Source: an uncultured Methanomassiliicoccales archaeon
GTDB taxonomy: Archaea > Thermoplasmatota > Thermoplasmata > Methanomassiliicoccales > UBA472
DNA length: 64,000 nt
Assembly: GCA_963695345.1 (NCBI GenBank)
Contig: OY968769.1
Coordinates: 832,001 to 896,000 of the forward strand
Direction of reading: 5' to 3'
The notes under the pieces are model-generated. The model did not search any database. It saw nothing but the letters and a program-made list of their open reading frames with translations, and was not told the origin of the DNA. Below are positions 20,073 to 29,048 of the stretch, one piece after another. The position numbers and the translations under genes are program-made. Numbering within the stretch: position 1 is the first letter of the stretch; every line of letters begins with the position of its first letter.

Positions 20073-20700
20073 TCAGCCTTCTGGGTCCTGGCATTGTCCG
20101 ACCGTGGGAGAGCATTCCCTCATGCGTTTGTGGCGGAACTCGCTGCCGGCGCGGTACGCCTCTCCAAGGTTCATCCCCATCGCATAATAGGAATGGTCCG
20201 AAGGCGAGTACCAGAAAGGCAGTATCTTGGCCACGTCTGGAATCCCTTCCTCATCCAGGCAGTCCTCGTCCACTTTGACGTCCTTGATCTCCCCCACGAA
20301 TTGGGTATGGGCCCCCAGGTCGGTGACATGGGTCACCCGGCACTCGAGGACCAGCGGGAACTCGCTGACATAGGGGGCATCCACTATCTTGCTGGCGACC
20401 GCTTTGAGGCCGGCGCTGCTCGAACTTGTCCTCGGCCTTGCCCGAGACCATGCCGAAATAGTCTGATTCCTTGACATGCTTCTCCGAGGGTATGCTGATG
20501 GTGAATGCCTTCCGCCCCATCAGATTCTCGTAGGTGTATCGGACCTTCCTCACCGATATCGCCACGCTCGGAGGCTCCGACGAGCATATCCCGCCCCATG
20601 CACATGCCATCGCGTTAGGGCTATCGTCCCGGTCGTAGGTCCCGACGATGAAGACCGGGGTCGGATAGACCAGTGTTGTCGCCCCAATTGACCTCTTCAT
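20073..20700 (-). CDS. Flavin reductase family protein (flavoredoxin-like); frameshift near 20415
   Basis: YPTPVFIVGTY..NAM..AWGG; DYFGMVSG; APYVSEFPLVLEC; GAHTQFVGEI. Confidence 0.85.
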
Positions 20701-20900
20701 TAACAAATCACCTTCAAGAATAACTGAACTGCTAGCCTAACTACTTTATTGTGGTCCCCCAGCTCCATATTGGACCGGTCATATGAATGTCAAGGGCGAA
20801 CCGGGGCGCGATGAGGATGGTCCGATCCCTGCGGACAGAGTACGTCGTCATTTTCGTTCGGGTATGGGGACTATGAAATAGAAGGAATTCTCATTTCGGA

Positions 20901-21908
20901 ATGATGGTTGAGGAGGAGGGACGCGGGGACCATGACCACGAGGAGGGTCATGAACACGGCCACGATCACGTCCACGCCCGCTTCGAGCCGGGGAAGAATC
21001 TGTCGAAGCCTCTCCTAATCGTGCTTGTCATTACTTCCTCATTCGCGGTGATTGAGCTTCTGGGTGGCCTTCTGTCCGGTTCACTGGCGCTGCTCTCCGA
21101 CGCGGGCCACATGTTCACCGACATCCTGGCATTGTCTTTGAGCCTGGCGGCGGCCATCATCTCCCAGCGGGAGGCCACGGCAAAGCAGACGTTCGGATAC
21201 CTCCGGGTGGAGATCCTGGTGGCCTTGGTAAATGGCGTGGCCCTGATCTTGGTCTCGATATACATCATGTATGAGGCGATAGGTAGATTCACCAACCCCA
21301 CCGGGATCGACTCCGAGCTCATGCTGGTAGTGGCCATCGCCGGACTGGTGGCGAATGTGGTCGGCATCCTCATTCTGCGGGAGCGGTCTAAGGACAACCT
21401 CAATGTGCGGGGGGCGTTCCTGCACATGGTCGGCGACCTGCTCTCCTCGGTCGGTGTCATCATAGCGGCATTGCTCATTTTCCTGTTCAACTGGACCATC
21501 GCCGACCCGGTCATCAGCATCGCCATATCACTGATAATCCTCTATGGCGCGGGGAGGCTGAGCCTGCAGTCCGCCTACATCCTGTTGGAGTTCACGCCGG
21601 CACACCTCGAACTGTCCGAAGTGCGGACCTCCCTCATGAAGATCCCCGGTGTCGAGGACGTGCACGACATACATGCCTGGACCCTCTCATCTGGGGTCCA
21701 TGCTCTCAGCGCGCACGTGAGGGTGAACGACCAGCCGGTCTCCGCCTGCTCCTGCATAGTAAAGGCTTGCGAACATCTTTTGGAGACCAAATATCAGATA
21801 AAGCACTCCACCTTGCAGCTGGAATACGAGCAATGTGACCTGGGAGTATGCTACTTCAAGGGGTTCCCGAAGGACAATGGCTCGGATGAGAAGGGCAAGG
21901 CCGACTGA
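20901..21908 (+). CDS. Cation diffusion facilitator (CzcD/ZitB-like) with His-rich N-terminus
   Basis: SLALLSDAGHMFTD, TFGYLRVE, NVRGAFLHMVGD, HDIHAW, HSTLQLE. Confidence 0.93.
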   Translation: MMVEEEGRGDHDHEEGHEHGHDHVHARFEPGKNLSKPLLIVLVITSSFAVIELLGGLLSGSLALLSDAGHMFTDILALSLSLAAAIISQREATAKQTFGYLRVEILVALVNGVALILVSIYIMYEAIGRFTNPTGIDSELMLVVAIAGLVANVVGILILRERSKDNLNVRGAFLHMVGDLLSSVGVIIAALLIFLFNWTIADPVISIAISLIILYGAGRLSLQSAYILLEFTPAHLELSEVRTSLMKIPGVEDVHDIHAWTLSSGVHALSAHVRVNDQPVSACSCIVKACEHLLETKYQIKHSTLQLEYEQCDLGVCYFKGFPKDNGSDEKGKAD

Positions 21909-21929
21909 ACGAACGGCTGCGATGATCAA

Positions 21930-22180
21930 GCCGGATAAGCCTGAAGGACAACCCTATCATTCTCCTAAGGGGTGTGGGTCAGAGATTTGGGGAAGTTCGC
22001 CTGATGACCTCAACAAGTGTGTCGCACCCCTGACCCACGGAGATCTTAGGGGCCAAGGCATTATACCTGAAGGGCAAGGAGAGCATTGCGCGACCAATAC
22101 CCTGCATGTCGGGGGGACACGCATCCCTCTAGCAGAGGCCTGCCCCTTAGTCTCACGAAAGCATTGAAGGGGCATCGATA
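21930..22180. ncRNA. Candidate structured non-coding RNA (unknown family)
   Basis: Several stems between convergent genes: gtgggtcag 21974-21982/ctgacccac 22030-22038; cctaag/cttagg; tgcccctt 22141-22148/aaggggca 22167-22174; cctct/agagg. Confidence 0.35.
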
Positions 22181-22276
22181 TGTACATAACTGAACGTGAA
22201 CAACCTCATTCCACGATGTATCCGCTGGATAAGCGTTTTGCAGGGCGCAGGCGATCCTGCCGGGATGACTGGACCT

Positions 22277-23830
22277 TCAGTGCCGGAACACCCTTACTCC
22301 CGTGAAGACCATGGCCATGCCATGCTCGTCCGCCGCCTTGATGACCTCTTCGTCCCTGATCGATCCGCCGGGCTGGATTATGGCCGTGACCCCGTTGTTC
22401 GCGGCTTCATCGATCCCGTCCCGGAAGGGGAAGAACGCATCTGAGGCCATGACCGATCCTTTGGCCTTGTCCCCGGCCTTGTGGCAGGCGATCATGGAGC
22501 TGTCGACCCGGGACATCTGTCCGGCGCCAATCCCCACGACCTGCTCCCCCTTCGCCAGTATGATCGCGTTGGACCAGACGTGCTTGACGACCTTCCAGGC
22601 AAAGAGCATTGAGCCGATCTCCGCTTCCGTAGGTGCCCTCTTGGTCACGGTCTTCAGGGTGTCCCGGCCTACGTGGATGAAGTCGTTGGTCTGTACCAGG
22701 ATGCCGCCCTTGACCCGCTTCATCTTGTTCTCCGGTTTGGCATCGTGGACCATCGGCCCGTTGGTCTTGAGAAGGCGTATGTTCTTCTTCTTCTGGATCA
22801 GTTCCAGCGCCGCCTGGTCATATCCAGGGGCGATGACGCAATCGACGAAATGCGACGCGATCATCTCCGCCGTCCTGAGGTCCACGTTCCGGTTCAGCCC
22901 TATGACGCAGCCGAAGGCCGCCAGCGGGTCGACGTTGTAGGCGATCTCGAACGCGTCCGGAATATTGTCAGAGGATGCTATGCCGCAGGGGTTGGTGTGC
23001 TTGATGACGACCACCGTTGGGCGGTCGAACTCACGCAGCAGCTCGAGCGCCGATTCGAGGTCCAGGATGTTGTTGTAGGAGAGCTCCTTGCCATGCAGCT
23101 TCTCGCTGCTGGGTACGGACACCCCGATGCTGAATGGATCCACGTAGAACGCCGCGGTCTGCTCCGGGTTCTCCCCGTATCGGAGGTCCATGGATTTTTC
23201 GAAACCGACGTTGAGCGTGGAGGGGAACTTTTCCGAAGGGAACACGCCCCCCAGGTACTGGGATATCATGGAATCATAGGTGGCGGTGGTCCGGAACGCC
23301 TCCAGCATCAGGGCCTTCAATGTGTCCTCACGGAGCTGGTTATTGTTAGCCTCCATCTCGGCCAGGATGCTACCGTAACGGGATGGGTTCGTGACCACGG
23401 CGACGGACTCATAGTTCTTGGCCGCTGCCCTGATCATGCTCGGTCCGCCAATGTCGATGTTCTCGATGATCTCTTCCAGAGACGCTCCCTTCTTGAGGAC
23501 GGTCTGCTTGAAAGGATAGAGGTTGACGACCACCATATCGATCTTGTCTATCCCCATCTTCTGGATCTGTTCCATGTGTTCCGGCAGGTCCCGGCGGGCC
23601 AGAAGACCGGCGAAGACCTTGGGGTGCAGGGTCTTCACCCGACCGTCAAGCATCTCGGGGAACCCGGTGACGTCGGCCACCGAACGGGTGCTTATTCCGT
23701 TCTTTTCCAGCAGAGAGGCGGTGCCTCCGGTACTGACGATCTCCACCCCTCTCTCGACCAGTTCCCTGGAGAAATCAACTATTCCCTCTTTGTCTGAAAC
23801 ACTGATGATGGCGCGTTCAATCTTGACCAT
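22277..23830 (-). CDS. purH: Bifunctional AICAR formyltransferase / IMP cyclohydrolase (10-formyl-THF dependent)
   Basis: ISVSDK, STGGTA, GRVKTLHP, IDIGGPSM, LRYGENP, KHTNPCG, ASDAFFPF. Confidence 0.97.
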   Translation of the reverse strand: MVKIERAIISVSDKEGIVDFSRELVERGVEIVSTGGTASLLEKNGISTRSVADVTGFPEMLDGRVKTLHPKVFAGLLARRDLPEHMEQIQKMGIDKIDMVVVNLYPFKQTVLKKGASLEEIIENIDIGGPSMIRAAAKNYESVAVVTNPSRYGSILAEMEANNNQLREDTLKALMLEAFRTTATYDSMISQYLGGVFPSEKFPSTLNVGFEKSMDLRYGENPEQTAAFYVDPFSIGVSVPSSEKLHGKELSYNNILDLESALELLREFDRPTVVVIKHTNPCGIASSDNIPDAFEIAYNVDPLAAFGCVIGLNRNVDLRTAEMIASHFVDCVIAPGYDQAALELIQKKKNIRLLKTNGPMVHDAKPENKMKRVKGGILVQTNDFIHVGRDTLKTVTKRAPTEAEIGSMLFAWKVVKHVWSNAIILAKGEQVVGIGAGQMSRVDSSMIACHKAGDKAKGSVMASDAFFPFRDGIDEAANNGVTAIIQPGGSIRDEEVIKAADEHGMAMVFTGVRVFRH

Positions 23831-23978
23831 TTAACAGACCTCGATGATACGAGGCATACTCAAGAATCAGGGTATGCCACCTCTATATTGAATCCGCCCT
23901 GATAAACCTAACTGGTTAGGTATCAGATGGAGAAATGTGACGCCATGTAAGTTTTTATGACCTGGAAAAACATTATTC

Positions 23979-24560
23979 ATGAGTAACATCATTGGAAGCG
24001 ATGCCATGAACACCGGCATATTGGTCTATGACACCTGCGCGCAGTTCGAGGTGGTATTCGCGGCGCTGATCCTCAAGGACAAAGGTGATGTGACCACCTA
24101 CGGGGTGGAAATGAGGGAATTCGAGACCATGGAAGGGTTCAAGATCAAACCCCACAAACTGCTAAAGGACCTGTCGACCGATGACACCGACCTGTTCATC
24201 ATACCAGGTGGACAGCCGGGCGTGATCGCCGGTAACGCCCTCCTGGGCCGGAAGATCAGAGAAATGGATTCTCAGGGTAAATTGCTTGCAGCGATCTGCG
24301 GCGGTCCGGTGCATCTGGGGAATTCAGGGGTTCTCCGAGGAAGGAGATTCACCACCTCAGTCTTTGAAGAATGGAAGGATGCCTTCGAGGGCGGGACCTA
24401 TGTCGATGAGGACCTGGTAGAGGACGGTAATATCATCACCGCCTGGCCAAACGCCTATGCGGACTTCGCATTGACCTTGGGTCGGAGGATGGGGGCGTTC
24501 AGGGACGAGGCCGAGGATGCGTCAATGGTGCGTATGGTGCGCGAGTTCCAACGTGAATAG
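23979..24560 (+). CDS. DJ-1/PfpI family protein
   Basis: IIPGG, AAICGGP nucleophile motif, VEDGNIITA. Confidence 0.85.
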   Translation: MSNIIGSDAMNTGILVYDTCAQFEVVFAALILKDKGDVTTYGVEMREFETMEGFKIKPHKLLKDLSTDDTDLFIIPGGQPGVIAGNALLGRKIREMDSQGKLLAAICGGPVHLGNSGVLRGRRFTTSVFEEWKDAFEGGTYVDEDLVEDGNIITAWPNAYADFALTLGRRMGAFRDEAEDASMVRMVREFQRE

Positions 24561-24640
24561 GCATACTCGACAGGTCCGAACATTCAATTCATTGAGGGCA
24601 ATCCTTTTACCGCCGCCCGATATTCATCAGCCGGTTGCAT

Positions 24641-25417
24641 ATGATAGTCATCAGCGAGCGCATCAACGGGCTTTTCACTTCCGTGGGCAGAGCGATCGAC
24701 AACCGCGACGCCAAGTTCATCCAGGAGCACGCATTGAAACAGATCGCCTGCGGGGCGAACATTCTGGACGTCAACGTCGGACCAGGCCGTGAGGATGGAC
24801 CGGCGGCGATGGACTGGCTTGTCAGGACGGTTCAGGAAGTCACCGACGTCCCGCTATGCCTGGACACGCCCGGCGCAAAGACCATGACCGCAGGATTGAA
24901 GGCGTGCCAGAACAAAGTGGTCATGAACTCCACCACGGCAGAGAAGAAACGCATGGACGTCTTCTTTCCCCTGGCCCGGGAATACAACGCGGATGTCATC
25001 TGTCTAACCATGGACGAGAGGGGCATCCCGAACGATGCCGAATCCAGGACCGAGATGGCCATGCTGATGATGACCACGGCGATGGAGAACGAGATCATGC
25101 CGGAACGCCTATTCCTCGATCCGCTCATCCTGCCGACGAAGGCGGCCCAGGACCAGGGGGCCAAGGTCATCAAGGCCATTGAGATGTTCCAACAGCTGAA
25201 CGACCCTTCACCCAGGACGGTGGTCGGATTGAGCAATGTCTCCAACGGCGCTAAGGACAGGCCGCTGGTGAACCGGACGTTCCTGGCCATGCTCATGGGG
25301 GCAGGCCTCAGCGCGGCCATCCTGGACCCGGAGGACGTTCAGCTTATGGAGACGCTCAAGACGGCCCAGATACTCCGGAATGAGAAACTGTATTGCGACG
25401 ATTACCTGAGGGCATGA
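24641..25417 (+). CDS. acsE: Methyl-THF:corrinoid iron-sulfur protein methyltransferase
   Basis: ISERING, LDVNVG, PLCLDT, NST, DPLILP, GLSNVSNG, NRTFLAM and AILDP pterin-binding barrel. Confidence 0.92.
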   Translation: MIVISERINGLFTSVGRAIDNRDAKFIQEHALKQIACGANILDVNVGPGREDGPAAMDWLVRTVQEVTDVPLCLDTPGAKTMTAGLKACQNKVVMNSTTAEKKRMDVFFPLAREYNADVICLTMDERGIPNDAESRTEMAMLMMTTAMENEIMPERLFLDPLILPTKAAQDQGAKVIKAIEMFQQLNDPSPRTVVGLSNVSNGAKDRPLVNRTFLAMLMGAGLSAAILDPEDVQLMETLKTAQILRNEKLYCDDYLRA

Positions 25418-26194
25418 GCTCCTACGAGTTCGATCCGAAGAAGTATCTCCAGGCATCCAGTCACCAGAAGGACTGGGGCAATCGCCTGATCGATGAGCTC
25501 CAGCTAAGTGGGGACGAGATCATTCTGGACCTGGGATGCGGCGAGGGAACGCTGACCGCCAGGCTCGCGGCCTTGGTGCCGCGCGGGGGCGTGGTGGGAA
25601 TGGACTCATCGCCTCAGATGATCGAGGCGGCAAGAGAGTCTGGAGACCCCGAACCTGAAGTTCCTGTGCAGGGACATCGATGAGCTGGATTTCCATGAGG
25701 GATTCGATGTCGTCTTCTCCAACGCCGCCCTGCATTGGGTAACGGACCACGACAAACTGCTGCGGAACGTCCATGAGGCCTTGAGGCCGGATGGAATGGC
25801 CCGATTCAATTTCGCCGGGGATGGCAACTGTTCCAATTTCTTCGCGGTGGTCAGGCAGCTGATGTCCTCGCCCCGGTATGCCCGGTATTTTGAGCACTTC
25901 CTTTGGCCGTGGTACATGCCCACCGTCGAGGACTACCAGGAAAAGGTAGGTTCCACCGGGCTTTTCGATTTCCAGGTCTGGCGAGATGTGGCGGACCGTT
26001 CCTTCTCAGCGGCGGAAATGATCGGGTGGATCGAGCAGCCGTCCATCGTGCCTCTGCTGGAACAGATCGCCAGCGACGACAAGGAGGCGTTCCGCGACGA
26101 CGTGGTGGCAATGATGCTGGAGAGAACGAGGAAGGAAGACGGAGCCTTCTTCGAGACGTTCCGCCGGATCAACCTCCTGGGGCGAAAGAGATAG
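25414..26194 (+). CDS. Class I SAM-dependent methyltransferase (Tam-like); frameshift near 25640
   Basis: ILDLGCGEG, GMDSSPQMI, FSNAALHW; ATGA overlap with acsE. Confidence 0.82.
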
Positions 26195-26250
26195 TGGCAC
26201 CTGGCCGGCAATCATTATATGTTCAACATCGGATAGCATCGCCGAAGATC

Positions 26251-26853
26251 ATGCAGAAATACCGGATAGAGGGGCTGTCGGATCTGGTCTTCGGACTGGC
26301 CCTCTCCATCGGATCGCTGGCCATGATAACTCAGCCCGTCACCGATACCAACGACATCAGGGACGGGGTGATCCAGTTCGTTTTCAGTTTCCTCATCATC
26401 GTCACCGTTTGGGTCTCCTACACGAACATCATCTCGGAGATCAAGGTGGAGACCAAGACCGACTTCCAGCTCAACCTGGCCTTACTGATGCTGGTGGCCA
26501 TCGAACCTTATCTTCTCTACCTTCTGGGCCACAATAACCAGGAGATCCTGAACTGGTCCTCCACTGCATACGCGATTGACATAGGCATGATAATGCTGAT
26601 CCTGGCCGGCCTGTACCACAAAAGGAGAGGTCCGGATGCTTCCATCGAGACCGCGGAGCATTACTCAAGGGTACGGAATCGCTACCTGGTGGTGGCGATG
26701 GTCTTCCTGGTGTCCGCCCTTCCGGTATTCTGGCAACAGAACTTCGTCATGAGCATCAACCTGCGGTTCATCATTTGGATGATGGCCATCGTGCCGGGGG
26801 TCGTCATCCGGCTGAATCTGCATCGCTCAAAGGGGATCGAAAAGGACAATTGA
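26251..26853 (+). CDS. TMEM175 (DUF1211) family potassium channel
   Basis: RIEGLSDLVFGLALSI start motif, SF.II..VW, NL..L; about 6 TM. Confidence 0.75.
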   Translation: MQKYRIEGLSDLVFGLALSIGSLAMITQPVTDTNDIRDGVIQFVFSFLIIVTVWVSYTNIISEIKVETKTDFQLNLALLMLVAIEPYLLYLLGHNNQEILNWSSTAYAIDIGMIMLILAGLYHKRRGPDASIETAEHYSRVRNRYLVVAMVFLVSALPVFWQQNFVMSINLRFIIWMMAIVPGVVIRLNLHRSKGIEKDN

Positions 26854-26937
26854 CAGGCCATAAGCAAGTGTGCCCGAGGATAGTTTCATAATGATGCAGC
26901 TCCGAACAATAGTCCGACCTTCGGGCAGGTGTTCCAG

Positions 26938-27348
26938 ATGACATTGTATGAGGATAGGTTGAAGGAGCTCACATCTTTCGTGAACGAGCAAAGCGAAAGC
27001 GCCAACCAGACCGAGGATGGTTTCTTTCAGACCGTGCTGAACCATTCGCTGGGATATGTGGAGCAGGGCAAGGACCTGAAGGACAATTACACCAGGCTCC
27101 TGACCGTCGCCCTCTATACGGTCGACACGCTGAACACGATGATCAGCAAGTGCCAGAGCGAGGGAGCGGTGGAGGAGTTCCATAACTATCGGCAACTGGT
27201 CAAATCATTCGACTATGGGACCGAGGACGTCATGAGGTCGTACGAACGGCTAAGGGACATCTACGAGAAACTGCTCTTCGCCTCGACCTACTTCGGGTTC
27301 TGCGATTATCTCGTGGACGCCGGACCGGTGAAGGTCAGCCAGAAGTGA
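26938..27348 (+). CDS. Hypothetical helical protein
   Basis: Open frame with host-like codon usage; no motif recognised. Confidence 0.55.
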   Translation: MTLYEDRLKELTSFVNEQSESANQTEDGFFQTVLNHSLGYVEQGKDLKDNYTRLLTVALYTVDTLNTMISKCQSEGAVEEFHNYRQLVKSFDYGTEDVMRSYERLRDIYEKLLFASTYFGFCDYLVDAGPVKVSQK

Positions 27349-27549
27349 GCGGGATATCGAACCTCTGCTGCAAGGAGATTGCGATGCAAATGGGCGGATG
27401 GTTCTAATCCAGCTGAGACCGGCTAATGATTCGCTGAGGCTCCGTAAGATCCAGGTACGGTAGACCCGGGTATCGAAAATTGAGGTGCGGATCGGAACCG
27501 CAAGCTCCCGGTCAGGGTTTGGGGCCCCCATCCTGCATCTTCAAGACCG

Positions 27550-27699
27550 CTATTTCTTGATCTTCTGCTTGATCTTGGAGCCGGCTCCGGAAATATCCTT
27601 CTTTATCTCCCCTCCAGTCTCCTTTATCTCCTGTCCAACCTTTTTGGCCCCTTCCTTCAGCTTGTCATCGAACTCGAACTTGCCTTTCTTCTCTGCCAT
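27550..27699 (-). CDS. Small Lys/Glu/Gly-rich protein (49 aa; LEA/CsbD-like), absent from the ORF track
   Basis: MAEKKGKFEFDDKLKEGAKKVGQEIKETGGEIKKDISGAGSKIKQKIKK*; aaaggt RBS and AT-rich promoter upstream. Confidence 0.7.
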   Translation of the reverse strand: MAEKKGKFEFDDKLKEGAKKVGQEIKETGGEIKKDISGAGSKIKQKIKK

Positions 27700-27900
27700 A
27701 TGTTATACCTTTGTGATAATTTGAACCGGGGCATATTTTACTTTTTTCATGAAATGGACCGTCGTTTATTACATTTACAAAATATTTGATTTCAAGATTA
27801 ATCATTTCATATGCAAGATGAAGCTAGGACCACGTACCCTACGGAGGGGGAAATGCCCTGGGAATCCTTGAACATCAGTACGCCCGGGAATATGCACGGC

Positions 27901-28926
27901 TCATCCGATAGCCAGAAGAACTCCCAGAATGACTGTGACGATCATCAGGCCAAGCGCTGTCAGATTGGATACCCAGTGAACATAGCGGTAGCGTTTCGGG
28001 TCTTTTCTCATGCCGGCCCCCGTGATTATCCCAACCACCGCGAATATGACCGTCAGAAGCGCTATCCGCCCATGCAGGGAATAGAACACCGCCCCCCTGA
28101 GCTGTTCGGTCACGGCTATCCAGTAAAGGAATGTAAGCAGCATGATCAGGTAGAATAGGATGCTCACATAGCGGTGATACCTCTGCCCGAACAGGTCAGG
28201 GATGCGGTCCGCCACCTTCCTGTCCGAGGAGTTCCTGAGGCCGGAGAGGACGGAGAATGAGCCCAGGGCCAGGGCCATCGTCATCAGCAGGGCATGAACG
28301 AACCAATCCGAGATCGGGTTGATGCTGGCGTCGTCAGCCCATCCCCTTCCCTCCCAATATCCTTTGTAGTCGTAACCGACCACCTCGATGGCGTAGACCC
28401 ATTTGGCCCATTTGTATCCCCATTCGCCTGGGACGACCGTTCTAAGCGGATATCCCTGGTCCAGGGGCAAAGTCTCGTTGTTCATCCCATAGGCCAATAT
28501 GACGTCGCCCCGCATGGCGTCCGCCATTCTGAGGCTGGTCGAATAGCCGTCCATGCCATAGAACACGACCTCCTGGGCCTCGGAGGAGGTCCCGGCCATG
28601 TCCAGTATCGCACCGAGCCGCACTCCGACCCATTCGGCGGTCCCGGAGGGGCCGGTCACGCAGCGTATCGTCTCCTTCTCTGAGGAATTGTCCATGGAAA
28701 GGACCTGTTGGTATGACAGGTTGAGCGAGCGGTCGACAAGGCCGAACACGGTGAGGGTATAGCCAGTGATGTTCACTTCCGGAACGCCGTTGTAGGAAAC
28801 GCTGAAGAAACGGTCGTTGGGGGTTATCGGAGGACCTGAGGGAGGGGCCGGCGAGGGTATCAAGAGCAGTATCAATGCTATGGAGACGAGTATGGCCAAT
28901 ACACCGACGGCCCTTTTCCACAGCAT
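27901..28926 (-). CDS. Sulfite oxidase/MsrP-family molybdopterin oxidoreductase fused to a 4-His cytochrome b561-like membrane domain
   Basis: TPNDRFF, Mo-ligand CVTG, DGYSTS, GYPLR..PG..GYKWAKW, GYWE.RGW; C-terminal TMs with VHALLM, RYHRY, FYSLHG, YVHW. Confidence 0.82.
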   Translation of the reverse strand: MLWKRAVGVLAILVSIALILLLIPSPAPPSGPPITPNDRFFSVSYNGVPEVNITGYTLTVFGLVDRSLNLSYQQVLSMDNSSEKETIRCVTGPSGTAEWVGVRLGAILDMAGTSSEAQEVVFYGMDGYSTSLRMADAMRGDVILAYGMNNETLPLDQGYPLRTVVPGEWGYKWAKWVYAIEVVGYDYKGYWEGRGWADDASINPISDWFVHALLMTMALALGSFSVLSGLRNSSDRKVADRIPDLFGQRYHRYVSILFYLIMLLTFLYWIAVTEQLRGAVFYSLHGRIALLTVIFAVVGIITGAGMRKDPKRYRYVHWVSNLTALGLMIVTVILGVLLAIG

Positions 28927-29048
28927 GCACTGTTTCAATTACATCCGGGAGGGCATAATCCTTCGCCTTGGATCTTGAGATTGTCAACGTTCCATGGAAC
29001 AAGAAGGCGACCCGTCGGCAGGGCATTGTGCACGGTTCTGTTCGGCGG

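Noticed and set aside
21930-22180. RNase P RNA, SRP RNA, hammerhead ribozyme or cobalamin riboswitch
   Set aside because: Only fragments match (ggaagttcgcc, ctgatga, cagaggcctgcc); the other conserved boxes and spacings are missing, and no gene lies downstream for a riboswitch.
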